In this document: one piece after another, positions 53,305 to 64,000 of the stretch
Position numbering within the stretch: the first letter of the stretch is position 1
Layout: the number at the start of each line of letters is the position of its first letter
DNA from: Octopus sinensis
Lineage: Eukaryota
Direction: 5' to 3'
Assembly (NCBI RefSeq): GCF_006345805.1
Contig: NC_043010.1
Span: 48,732,001-48,796,000 of the forward strand
Length of the DNA: 64,000 bases
Position numbers and translations under genes: made by a program
Notes under the pieces: model-generated
Database searches by the model: none
What the model saw: the letters and a program-made list of their open reading frames with translations, nothing else
Told to the model about the DNA's origin: nothing

Positions 53305-55730
53305 CTTTCTTCTTCGCTTCGTTTCGCTGACGAAGATTAGGAAGGCTGTTGTCCACATCATCTGCACGCTCGTTCGTGGCTGATGTGAGATCGACATATT
53401 CGATCGCAATGAGGACAGAGGTATGATTGTCCAAAGTCTTATGATGCAGCTGCATTATTCTTTCGCCTCTGATGTTTATCTTCGAGAGAGACACTGCGAG
53501 AGATCTCAAAAGAAGGAAACAGCATCGCTAATGGTATGGTGCCAAGCAGCACGGTCAGTTGCTAGAGTGGACCACTCACGATAATCAGTGTCACAAACGC
53601 TAAGAGACTGCTTCAGGCAGTCCTTGTAGCACTTCTTTGGTACCCTTCTGTTGTGGTGGCCAGTGGTGAGCTCGCTGTACACGATGATCTTGGGTAGGCG
53701 GTGGTATTTAATCCGTCAACGTGTCTTTCCCAACGTAGACGTGTCTCAAGTAAAATTACTTCCAGGCTGGTGACCTTTGCTCGCTTGAGGACTCAGTGTT
53801 GGTGATGTAGTCGCTCCAGTAGATGCTGAGGATGGTACAAAGCAGCGTTTGTGAAAACGTTCCAGGAGTCTGAGATGATAGTGGTTGGGGACCCAAGACT
53901 CAGAGCCATATAGGAGCGTCGTGAGAACGACGGCCATATAGACACTGACTTTTGTGCTGATCTTAAGATGTTTATTATTCCACACACGCTTGTGCAGTCT
54001 GCCAAATGCGTTGTTTGCCTTTGCATGTCAGTTGTCAATTTCTTTATCGATGCTCGCATCTGATGAAATGGTACATCCAAGATAAGAGAACTGCAGTACC
54101 GACTTCAGTTCTGATTCGCCAATGGTGATATGGGGCATCCTGTACTCTTCTTGAGGAACTGGTTAGTGTAGGACTTCCGTCTTTTCCAAGCTTACTTTCA
54201 GCCTGAAGAGCTGGGCGGTGTCTGCAAAGCAGGATGTGATGCGCTGCAGGGCTCTTTCTGTGTGTGCGACAAGTGCGGCATCATCTGCAAAGAGGTGGTC
54301 CTGGATCACGTGCTCTTGAGTATTGGTGTGGGCCAGTAAGCGCCGGAAGTTGAAAAGACTGCCGTCCAGACGGCACCTGATGTAAACGCGTCGAAATCTA
54401 CAGTGGCCTGCTTCAGCGTCGAAGTGTGCAGTGGCCTGCTTGAGCATCATGCTGAAGAAGAGAGTTGGTGCCAGGACACAGCCCTGCTTCACGCCGTTGT
54501 TGATGGGGAATGGCTCTGATATGTCGCTATTCAGGTGGACTTGTCCATACTGGTCTTCGTGAAGCTGGATGATCATGGGTTAGGAATTTTGGGGGCCACC
54601 CAAGTCGGTTTAGGATCTGCCACAGATCTTTCCTGCTCACAGTGTCGAACGCTTTCGTCAGATCGACAAATGTTACATAAAGTGGTTTGTTTTGCCTCCG
54701 GCACTTTTCCTGTAGCTGCCTGAGAACGAAAACCATATCTGTTGCGCTCCTGTTCGTTCTGAAACCACATTGGCTTTCTGGAAGATGATTTTCGGCAATG
54801 GTCAGAACAAGTCTGTTGAGGAGTAGTCTTGCTAGAACTTTTCCTGCAGTGGAAAGTAGGGTGATCGCCCGGTAGTTTGAGCAGTCTGACTTTTCCCCTT
54901 TCTTTTTGTATAGTGTAATGATGATAGCATTACAGAGATCTTGTGGCAGTTTGCCCTGTTCCCAGCATGCAACGAGGAGCTCATGGAGTTTAGCATATAT
55001 GACAGGACCCCCCACGCTTCCATATCTTTGATGGTATGCCATCAACTCCTGCTGTCTTTCTACTCTCCAGCCAGCCTATGGCAACTGTGGTCTCTCTCAG
55101 GGTTGGAGGCTCATCAAATTCCACTCTGACTGGTTGCTTCCAGATGTGGAGGATTGCATTTTCGTGGACAACTCAGTTTGCACTGACGAGGACTTGAAAT
55201 TATCCAGACCAGCGGTTGAGGATGGATGCTGTGCCTGTGAGAAGCACATGGCCATTTGAGCAGCGCAGGGCACCCCAGACTTGATGTGCTGGGCCGTAGA
55301 CTGCTTTGAGAGCTTCATAGAACCCCCTGTATTCGCCAGAGTCAGTGCACAGCTGGGTTCTCCGTAAAAGGTTGGTCCACCGTTCATTCTGAACTTCACG
55401 GAGCTTGCGCTGCAGAAAGCTGCAAGCTTCGCGAAAGGTCGCTTTCTGCTCAAGGCAGATCGGTTATGCCAGGTGTGCTTGGTGGACAGACGTGTGAGTT
55501 CCTGGATCAGCACATCGTTTTCGTCAAACCAATCCTTGTTCTTTTCCTTCGTAAACCCAAGGATTTCTGCAGTGATCTGTAGGATGGCGGCTTTCAGTTG
55601 TTCCCATAGGATTTCTGGAGAGGGATCTGAGGGGTGATTGGATTTATCAAGCTTTGCCTGTTGTCCTTCCTGGAAGTTTATTTTCACTTCTTTTACTTGT
55701 AGATCTCTAGTTTTGATTTTCTTGTTGTAT
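53305..55730 (-). mobile_element. 5'-truncated, decayed RTE-clade LINE (RT pseudogene)
   Basis: RT motifs NYRAITLLSTAGKVLAR, ESQCGFR, VDLTKAFDTV, GVKQGCVLAPTLF and LFADDAAL are present. A C-terminal CPHCDRIC zinc-finger-like motif and a GAA-rich 3' tail near 53305 follow. Multiple frameshifts. Confidence 0.93.
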
Positions 55731-56496
55731 GAAGGCTCACTAAAGGCAAAGTTCTGAATAGATTGTCAAGCTTAAATGAGTAGATGGAAAAAAACATGTT
55801 CTCAAATACTCAAAAGTAAAATATCGGTTTAAAATTTTGGCACATACGAATTTTACCACAGGCATTATGAACAAATTGAATTGTTTAGATTTTGGAGCTT
55901 CAGAGAAAAGGCAATCATATTATTTGTAATTTTATAATTATTTAAAGCAAAACTATATTTTAAAAAAATTTTTCATCTGATAAAGAAGTCTATTGTATAT
56001 TTTATAAATATGAAAAAAATGATTGATGATAGTGATTTTAATCCATCTTCATTCATTATCTACCTTCAAGGGCTTCAGAAACAGTTTTAAAAGAGATTTG
56101 AGAATGTTTCTGTGAAAGGCAATGATTACTGTTTTATAAATCGTGTTACATATCACATAAATCTCATAGATACAAAATTATTAAAGCAACAGAAGCAGTA
56201 CTATTACCAATAGGTAAAATGTATCACCACTTAGAATTGGATGTTCAGTTAGAACACACAATACTGCAATATTTACCATGAGAAAAATCTCTCATATAAG
56301 CACTCATATGCACAAGTGTGCATATATACACCGCAAAACCATGTGAGAGATCCTCTTATGGCGAATATCGCAGTATTGCGTATTCTAGCAGAACACCTTC
56401 TTTTAAGTGGGGATAAATTATATCCAATATGTCGTATTTGTTGTGGAAGACTTATTCAAATTAAAAGAAATTATCTCGAACTCTGGAATATATAGC

Positions 56497-56888
56497 AGCT
56501 GTGTGGTAAGTAGCTTGTTTACCAACCACATGGTTCCGGGTTCAGTCCCACTACGTGGCTACTTGGGCAAGTGTCTTCTACTATAGCCTCGGGCCGACCA
56601 AAGCCTTGTGAGTGGATTTCGTAGACGGAAACTGAAAGAAGCCCATCGAATATATGTATATATGTGTGCATGTTTGTATATATGTTTGTGTGTCTGTGTT
56701 TGTCCCCCCCCCCAACATCTCTTGACAACCGATGGTGATGTGTTTACGACCCCGTAACTTAGTGGGTCAGCAAAAGAGACCGATAGAATAAGTACTAGGC
56801 TTACAAAGAATAAGTCCTGGGGTCGATTAGTACGACTAAAGGCGGTACTCCAGCATGGCCGCAATTAAATGACTGAAACAAGTAAAAG
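56497..56888 (+). mobile_element. SINE family A
   Basis: Near-consensus copy, followed by an inverted partial copy at 56912-57100. Head-only copies are at 43075-43220 and 49225-49390. Confidence 0.88.
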
Positions 56889-57214
56889 CGTATATATATA
56901 TATATCTTTTATCTATTACCTGTTTTAGTCATTAGACTGCGGTCATACTGGGGCACTGCCTTGGATTTTTAGTCGAATGAATCGACCTCAATACTCATTT
57001 TTTAAGCCTGGCACTTATTTAATCGGTCTGTTTTGTCGAAACGATAAGTTACAGGGGTGCAAACACACCAACACCGAATATCAAGTGGTGCGGAAGGGGA
57101 CAAATTCGATGCTTTGGAATATTTAATTCTCGGCTCAGCTTTACATCTGGATTACCTCCCTAAATTATGCTATGATTTTGAATTCTCTTAGAGTATGTCA
57201 ATTCTTTATAACTG

Positions 57215-57287
<73 letters not shown>

Positions 57288-57641
57288 GAAGATTAAGTTC
57301 GATTAAGTTCGAACTCAGCACATTGCTCTAGAGAGCTGAAAGGCGAAAGCCATCCTCAGCGGGATTTGAACTCAAAACGTAAAATGGTGATTTTGTATCG
57401 GTTTTTCACATTCGTTATTAATTCTATTAGAAAGGCGCTGAGCTGGCAAAATCGCTAAAGCGTAGGGTGCAATTCTTAACTATATATATATTTTTAACGT
57501 TTTGAGTTCAACTTCCGTTGAGGTCGACTTTGCTCTCATTCTTTCGGAGTCGTTAAAATAAAGTACAAATCAAATACTTGGGTCGATCAACCCTCTCCCT
57601 CTAAAACTGCTGTCCATGTCCCAAAACTTGAAACAAATATT

Positions 57642-58041
57642 CTTTTTTACTCTAAGTACAAGGCCAGAAATTTATTGGGTGGGGGCTAGTCGATTAGATC
57701 GACCCCAGTATGCAGCTGGTACTTCAGTTATCGACCGCGAAAGGATGAAAGGCAAAGTCGACCTCGGCAGTATTTTAACTCAGAACGTATAGACAAACAA
57801 AATACCTATTTCTTTACTACCCACAAGGGGCTAAACACAGAGAGGACAAACAAGGACAGACAAAGGGATTAAGTCGATTATATCGACCCCAGTGCGTAAC
57901 TGGTATCTAATTTATCGACCCAGAAAGGATGAAAGGCAAAGTCGGTCTCGGCGGAATTTGAACTCAGAACGTAACGGCAGACAAAATACGGCCATGCATT
58001 TCGCCAGGCATGCTAGCGTTTCTGCCAGCTCGCCGCCTTAT
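57642..58041 (-). mobile_element. SINE family B dimer
   Basis: Two units with a 14-bp TSD TTGAAACAAATATT at 57628-41 and 58042-55. Older B copies flank it (57425-57640, 58085-58490). Confidence 0.88.
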
Positions 58042-58505
58042 TTGAAACAAATATTGTTGTTTTTTACAGCGAAACTGACAAATTCATGTAAGCGCCAGGC
58101 AAAATACTTAGCGTCATTTCTTCCAGATCCTTACATCCTGAGTTCAAATTCCGTCGAGGTCGACTTTGCCTTTCCTCCTTTCGGAGCCGATAAAACAGGT
58201 TCCAGTTGAAAACTGGGGTCGATGTAATTGGCTAGCCCCTACCCCAAAATTTCAGGTCTTGTGCCTACATTATTGTTTATACGGCGGCGAGCTGGTAGAT
58301 TCGTTACCAAAAATACTTAGCCGAATTTTTCTGGTTCTTCTTTACATTCCAAGTTCAAATCCCTCAGTGGATGACTTTGTCTTTCAGCTTTTGCGGAGTC
58401 GATAAAATAAGACCAGTTAAGCAATGGGGTTGATACAATTGATTTGCCCTTTCCCTCGTAAAATGACTACTCTACACCAGAAATTAGAAATGATAATTAC
58501 TGTTC

Positions 58506-58642
58506 ATTATTTACATTATTTACATTTGACGGATATTTGTCCTCATTTTGTTTATTAACAACAAAGAAGATGAGAACAACTATCCGTCAACTGTAAATAA
58601 TGTAAATAATGTACATAATTCCTCATCTCTTAAATATAGAAC
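58506..58642. repeat. Fold-back (tail-to-tail) junction of the same tail as the 23928-24277 element
   Basis: ATTATTTACATTATTTACATTTGACGGATA.. is followed by its inverse ..TATCCGTCAACTGTAAATAATGTAAATAAT, then GTACATAATTCCTCATCTCTTAAATATAGAAC. Confidence 0.75.
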
Positions 58643-59002
58643 TGGATAATTATCGTTGTTTGTAATAAAGGTTTCTGATTGTGGTACAACGCAGACAATT
58701 TTTTGAGAGGAGGGAGGAGGCTAGTCGATACCATTCATCTGAGTACTTGACTGGCACCTTATTTTATCAACTCCAGAGGGATGAATAACAAAGTCGACCC
58801 AAGCGCAATTTGAACTCGGAGCATAAGAGTCCAAAGAAAATTTCGTAAAACTTTTCCTTCGGGGCTCTGACCACTCTGCAAGCTTTCCTTCTTGTTATTG
58901 TTTGTGATAACAGTTTTCTAATGTTGACCCCCCCCCCCCGGGACTACAAATTCGACATTCTACATGGGAGAAAGGGATGAAAGTTCAGTAAATTAACTCC
59001 AG

Positions 59003-59173
59003 CAGGCGCAGGAGTGGCTGTGTGGTAGGAAGTATGCTTCCCCACCACATAGTTCCAGGTTCAATCCCACTGCGTGGCACCTTGAGCAGGTGTCTTCTAC
59101 TATAGCCTTGGGCTGACCAAAGCCTTGTGGGCGGATTTGGTGAACAGAAACTGAATGGAACCGTCGTATAGTC

Positions 59174-59225
<52 letters not shown>

Positions 59226-59655
59226 TTGTGTGTGTGTGTATTTGTGGCTGTTGTCCACCACCACCACCAGCAGTTGACGCCGTTCAAGAATTTGGACCTG
59301 GAGATCTCCATTTCCAGCGACTTCGAGGGCCACCTCCCAGTGGTGTCGGACGTCAACGAAGAGCCCTCGACTACAAGACGACCAAAGTTTTTTTTTTCCA
59401 CGGTCTGGGGTTTCCTGCCCCTAAGCCCTAGACCATCACCTAATCGACCTTACCCGTCTTGTTGATTAACAACAACAACAACAACCAGCAGTTGACAACA
59501 GATGTTGGTGTGTTTACATCTCCATAACTTGGCGGTTCGGCAAAGGAGTTCGATATATGTAAATAAGTACGTGGGTTAAAATAAAAGTCCTGGAGTCGCC
59601 TTCAAGGCGGTGTCCTAGCATGACCACAATTAAAATAACTGAGACAAGTGAAAAG
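59003..59655 (+). mobile_element. SINE family A interrupted by a 205-bp insertion
   Basis: Head at 59003 and tail at ~59500-59655. The insert spans 59279-59483. Confidence 0.85.
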
Positions 59656-59918
59656 GTGTTTAATTTTATCGCCCACTTTCCATGGAAGGGACGAAGCGCA
59701 GACTTGACCTCGGGTGGGATTTCAACACTTTGGAACAATAAAAGAACCAGAACAAATAATCGCAAAACAGTTCTCCGACGCTTCTAACAATTCTGCCAAA
59801 TCCATTCGCTCACGTAGTAATAATAACAAATATAATAAATAATATTTGTCGTTGCTGCTACCGCTGTTGCTGCTGCTGCTGCAGGTATTGCAGCTGCTGC
59901 TACTGATGATGATGATGG

Positions 59919-59951
<33 letters not shown>

Positions 59952-60664
59952 CGAATGAATGAATGAAGTAAATAATAATCATAAAACGAAATGAGCAAAG
60001 TGCGTTGGTCTGTGCAAAAGCTGAAAAGCCGGCGGAGAGTTGGCGGAGAGTTGGCGGAGAGCGACGACGGAGGACGACGAAGAAAAGGCGTGGCTTAACG
60101 TTTACGCCAATTTATAGGCGGTGTCACTTTACTCTTTTTTTTCTCAGACAGAATAAGTTTCGTTTTTCTGCTTCCTTCCTTCCTTGCCTAACCCTCCCTC
60201 CCCCCCCCCCGCCGTTGCTGTTCTTGCTTGTTTGTTTACTGTTGTTGTTTATGATGTAGCATTATCATTATTTCTTTTGTTTTTTTTTTAATATATTTTT
60301 TTTTCTATGGTGTAAGTTGTTGTTTTTATTGAGTAGGTGTTATAGTGTTTCGATGTTGTTTTTCGTTTTTGTTGTTCCCACAACCTCTTCTCTGCGTGAC
60401 TGAGTGGATGTGTTTGGTTGCATGCGTGCGTGCGTTTGTGCATACATGCATATATGTACGTGTATGTATGTGTGTGTGCGTGTGTGTGCGTGTGTGTGTG
60501 TGTGTGTGTGTATGTTGTAAGAGTGCGTAAGAGTGGCTGTTCTAGTTAGTTTGGAAATGTTCAGCGAAGCTTATTTAGAGAAAGGCAATACAAAACGATG
60601 TTTGTTCATTAGAGTGAAGTTGTGGGCGGTAGCTGTACTGATTGCGTTGGATGTGAATCGTAAC

Positions 60665-62310
60665 GGTAGTGGTGGTGATAACGGCGGCGATGGTGGTGGT
60701 GGTGTGGTGGTGGTGGTGATGGTGGTGGTGGTGGTGTAGTGGTGGTGGTGGTGGTGGTGGTGGTAGTGGTGGTGGTGGTGACGGTGGTGTCCATTGTGAT
60801 TGTGGTTGCGGCGCTTGTAGTGATGGTGGTGACGGTAGCTGTGGTTTATGGTGGCGGTGGTAGCAGTCAAGGAGTAAAAGTGATGGTGATGGTGGTGGTG
60901 GTGGTGGTGATGGTTGTGGTTGTGGAGGTGATGGCAGCAGTGACAGAACGGTAGTGGTGATGGTGGTGGTGGTGGTGACGGTGGTCGTGGTTATGGTGGT
61001 AGTGATGGTGGTGGTGGTGGCGGCAGCAGCAGTGATAGAAAGGTAGTGGTGATGGTGGTAGTGATGGTGATGGTGGTAGTGGTGATGGTGGGGGTTGGTG
61101 GTGACGGTGGTCGTGGCCGAGGTGATAGTGATGGTAGTGGTGGTGGTGGTGATAGTGATTGTGGTTGCAGTGGTGGTGGCAGTAACGGTGGTGCTTGTAG
61201 TGGCGGTGGTAGTGGCAGTAGTAGCGGTGGTTGTGATGGTAGTGACCATTGTGGTTGTGTTAGTAGTAGAATAGCGGTGGCGATAACTATGTGATGGTGA
61301 TGACGATGGTAGTGATGATGATGTTTGTAGTAGTAGTAGTAGTAGTAGTAGTAGAGGTGGTGATGGTAGTGGAATAATAATCAGAAACTGTTGTTGTTCT
61401 TGCTGTCGCTGATGTTTAGGCACAGGTCAACCCTGGTCCAACAGACCTATGCTTAGAGACATTCCAACCGTGACATAACCATTTTTTTTTTTGCTAAAAG
61501 GGGTGGAGTGGAGGTAAGGCCTGACCAGAGAGAGAGAGAGAGAGAGAGAGTGAGTGAGATTTACCTGCTGTTTTTAGCTGGTCGAGAGAGCGACCGACCG
61601 ACCACGTAGAGACTCACTCTTCTACAAGGGTTCCAAAGGTGACTGAACTGGTAATTATGGTGGTGGTAGTGGTGGTGTGGTGGTGGTGGTGGTGGTGGTG
61701 GTGATGCTGCTGCTGCTGCTAGTACCAGTGGTGGTGGGATGGGATGGTGACATTAGGTGCTGCTCCTCTTAGTGATGAGTGGGAGAGACTGTGATGGTGG
61801 TAGTAGTGGTGGTGGTAGTAATGGTGGTGGTGGTGGTGGTTGTGTTGATGGTGGTGTAGTATTGTTGATGATGTTAATTGTTGTTGTTGTTGTTGTTGAT
61901 GTTGGTGGTGGTGGTGGTGGTGGAGGTAATGGTGGTGGTGAGCATGCAATCCTTATAATCGGACCGTAATAAAGCGGGTTCTGGGGAAATGTTGATGTTG
62001 GTAAAGATGGTTTGTCGGTAGCTATTTGCATTATTTAAGGTGGTGGTGGTCATCGTGATGGTGGTTGCGGTGATGGTGGTGGTGGTGGTTGCGGTGATGG
62101 TGGTGGTGTTAGTTGCGGTGATGGTAGTTGTGGTGATGGTGGTTGCGGTGATGGTGGTTGCGGTGATGGTGGTGGTTTTGGATGCGGTGGTGGTGGTTTG
62201 GGCAGTGATGGTAATGATCAGACTCTTGTGGTGGTGGTGGCGTCGGTTTCGGCGGTGGCGGTGGTGTTGGTGGTGGTGTTTGTTTTGGTGTTGGTGTTGG
62301 TGGTGGTCAC
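60665..62310. repeat. Cryptic (GGT/GAT/AGT)n low-complexity domain
   Basis: Visible triplet repeats with short unique islands at ~61370-61660 and 61940-62040. Confidence 0.95.
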
Positions 62311-62884
62311 GGTAGGAAGATAGTAATCGAATAGTGGAGATATATGCATATATATATATGACGGGTTTCGTTCAGTTTCCATCTTCCGAATACACTCAGA
62401 GGCTTTGGTTGGCCCGAGGCTATAGAAGAAGACACTTGGCGAAGGTGCCACGCAGTGGGACTGAACTCGGAACCATGTGGATGGGCTATGCATATCTATC
62501 TATCTATCTAATAAGAATTGTTATTGTTGTCGTCGTCGTCGTCGTAGTCATTCTTGTTAGTTAGCCCCAGGTCAGTCTATAATATGAAGCCTACTTACGA
62601 TCAAGGATATCACAACATCGATTGATCATATGTCTAAGTGGGTTGGCAGTAGTGGAGGCGCATGGCTTAGTGGTTAGAGCGTTGGATTCATGATAATAAG
62701 ATTTTGGTTTCGATTCCTAGATCGGGCGATGCGTTGTGTTCTTCGTTTCAGGTTGCTCCAGACCACTCCGTTTGGTAAAAATGAGTAATCCTGCAATGGA
62801 ACAGAGTCCCATCCAGGGCTGAGTTATATATATGCCAGAGAAACCGGAGAAAACGGCCTTATGTTCCTTAAAGGAGTAATGTGG

Positions 62885-63065
62885 ACTAGGCGCAGGATCA
62901 TTAACGTAGGTGGGTGGCGGTCCGCCCCGGGCAGCACTTTTAAAGGGGTGGGCCTTTTCATCCTGTTGTAGACTATTGCTGTAGGCAATGTGTTTTTTTG
63001 TGCGGTCTGGGGGCGGCAAACGGAAGGGCCGCCTCGGGCGGCACACACTCTACGCTAATGCGTAG
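62885..63065. mobile_element. GC-rich MITE remnant (Harbinger/PIF-like)
   Basis: Internal inverted motifs CCGCCCCGGGCAGCAC / GGGCCGCCTCGGGCGGCACAC and an end ..CTCTACGCTAATG. The superfamily call is by resemblance only. Confidence 0.4.
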
Positions 63066-63284
63066 GATATCATCCGTGTGCCACTTTCTTCTTTAGGGCT
63101 GTGGCCCGTGATTTGGAGTTGATTTAACTGCTATATTTAGCAGATTCAGGTGACCATGTAGATAATCCAGTGGTGGTTTGGATAGCTGTTGTTGTTTGGT
63201 CCCCTTGTCAGCTCTGCCTGGTTTGGTGTATCCACGATCGAAGGGTTTTGAGCCATACCAATCCCTAAATTTTAAACACACACG

Positions 63285-63339
<55 letters not shown>

Positions 63340-63386
63340 ATACACACATGTGCGCACACATACACACATACACACATTATTTTATT

Positions 63387-63692
63387 CTTTTACTTGTTTC
63401 AGTCATTTGTCTGAAGGATTTTAGTCGAACAAATCGACTCCAGGGTTTATTTTTTAAGCCAAGTACTTATTCTATAGGTGTCTTTTGCTATGGGGACGTA
63501 AACACACAAACAAGCGTTGATGGGCGGACAAACACAGACACATAGATATATACATATATATATGACGGGCTTCTTTCAGTTTCCATCTTCCAAATCCACT
63601 CAGAGGCTTAGGTTGGACCGAGCCTATAGTAGAAGACACTTGACGAAGGTGCCACGCAGTAGAACTGAACCCGGAACCATGTGGATGGGCTA
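63387..63692 (-). mobile_element. SINE family A
   Basis: Shares a variant 5' end (..ATGGGCTATGCATATCTATC) with the copy at 62350-62487. Confidence 0.85.
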
Positions 63693-63696
63693 TGCA

Positions 63697-63735
<39 letters not shown>

Positions 63736-63737
63736 AT

Positions 63738-63813
<76 letters not shown>

Positions 63814-64000
63814 TTGCTTACATATACGTACGTACATACCTTGGATCTAGAAACCGGTTCTTTCTCTATTAGCAAGAAATCTTGAAATAAACTGTATAAT
63901 GTCATACATACATACATACATACATACATACATACATACATACATACATACATACATACATACATACATGCATGTATGCAAGCATGGTGATTGCCCCATC

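Noticed and set aside
60575-61423. 282-aa Thr/His/Pro-rich mucin-like ORF
   Set aside because: It lies entirely in the cryptic GGT repeat. Several frames and both strands are open, with no signal peptide or splice support.

Overview
Repeat-dense, AT-rich eukaryotic genomic DNA. The repeat families look like those of an octopus (coleoid cephalopod); this is an inference from recognising the SINEs. No host protein-coding gene can be identified with confidence, and almost all listed ORFs are translations of microsatellites, SINEs or decayed transposons. The window contains dozens of tRNA-headed SINE copies from four families, decayed LINEs (RTE clade and L1/Tx1-like), DNA-transposon remnants (mariner, a Sola2-like DDE transposase, hAT and mariner MITEs, a non-autonomous Helitron) and long microsatellites. 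The most notable structure is at 18831-21130: a ~530-bp unit repeated 2x in one orientation and ~2.4x in the opposite orientation, with each unit carrying a complete type I hammerhead ribozyme fold (CUGACGA / GAAAC / GUC). This resembles a retrozyme or Penelope pLTR array. Three other, unrelated hammerhead-bearing repeats occur at 7778-8062, 23928-24277 (with a tRNA-derived Pol III head) and 29422-29570/50290-50364. Also notable are SINE dimers and trimers each bracketed by a single target-site duplication, and several long fold-back hairpins.
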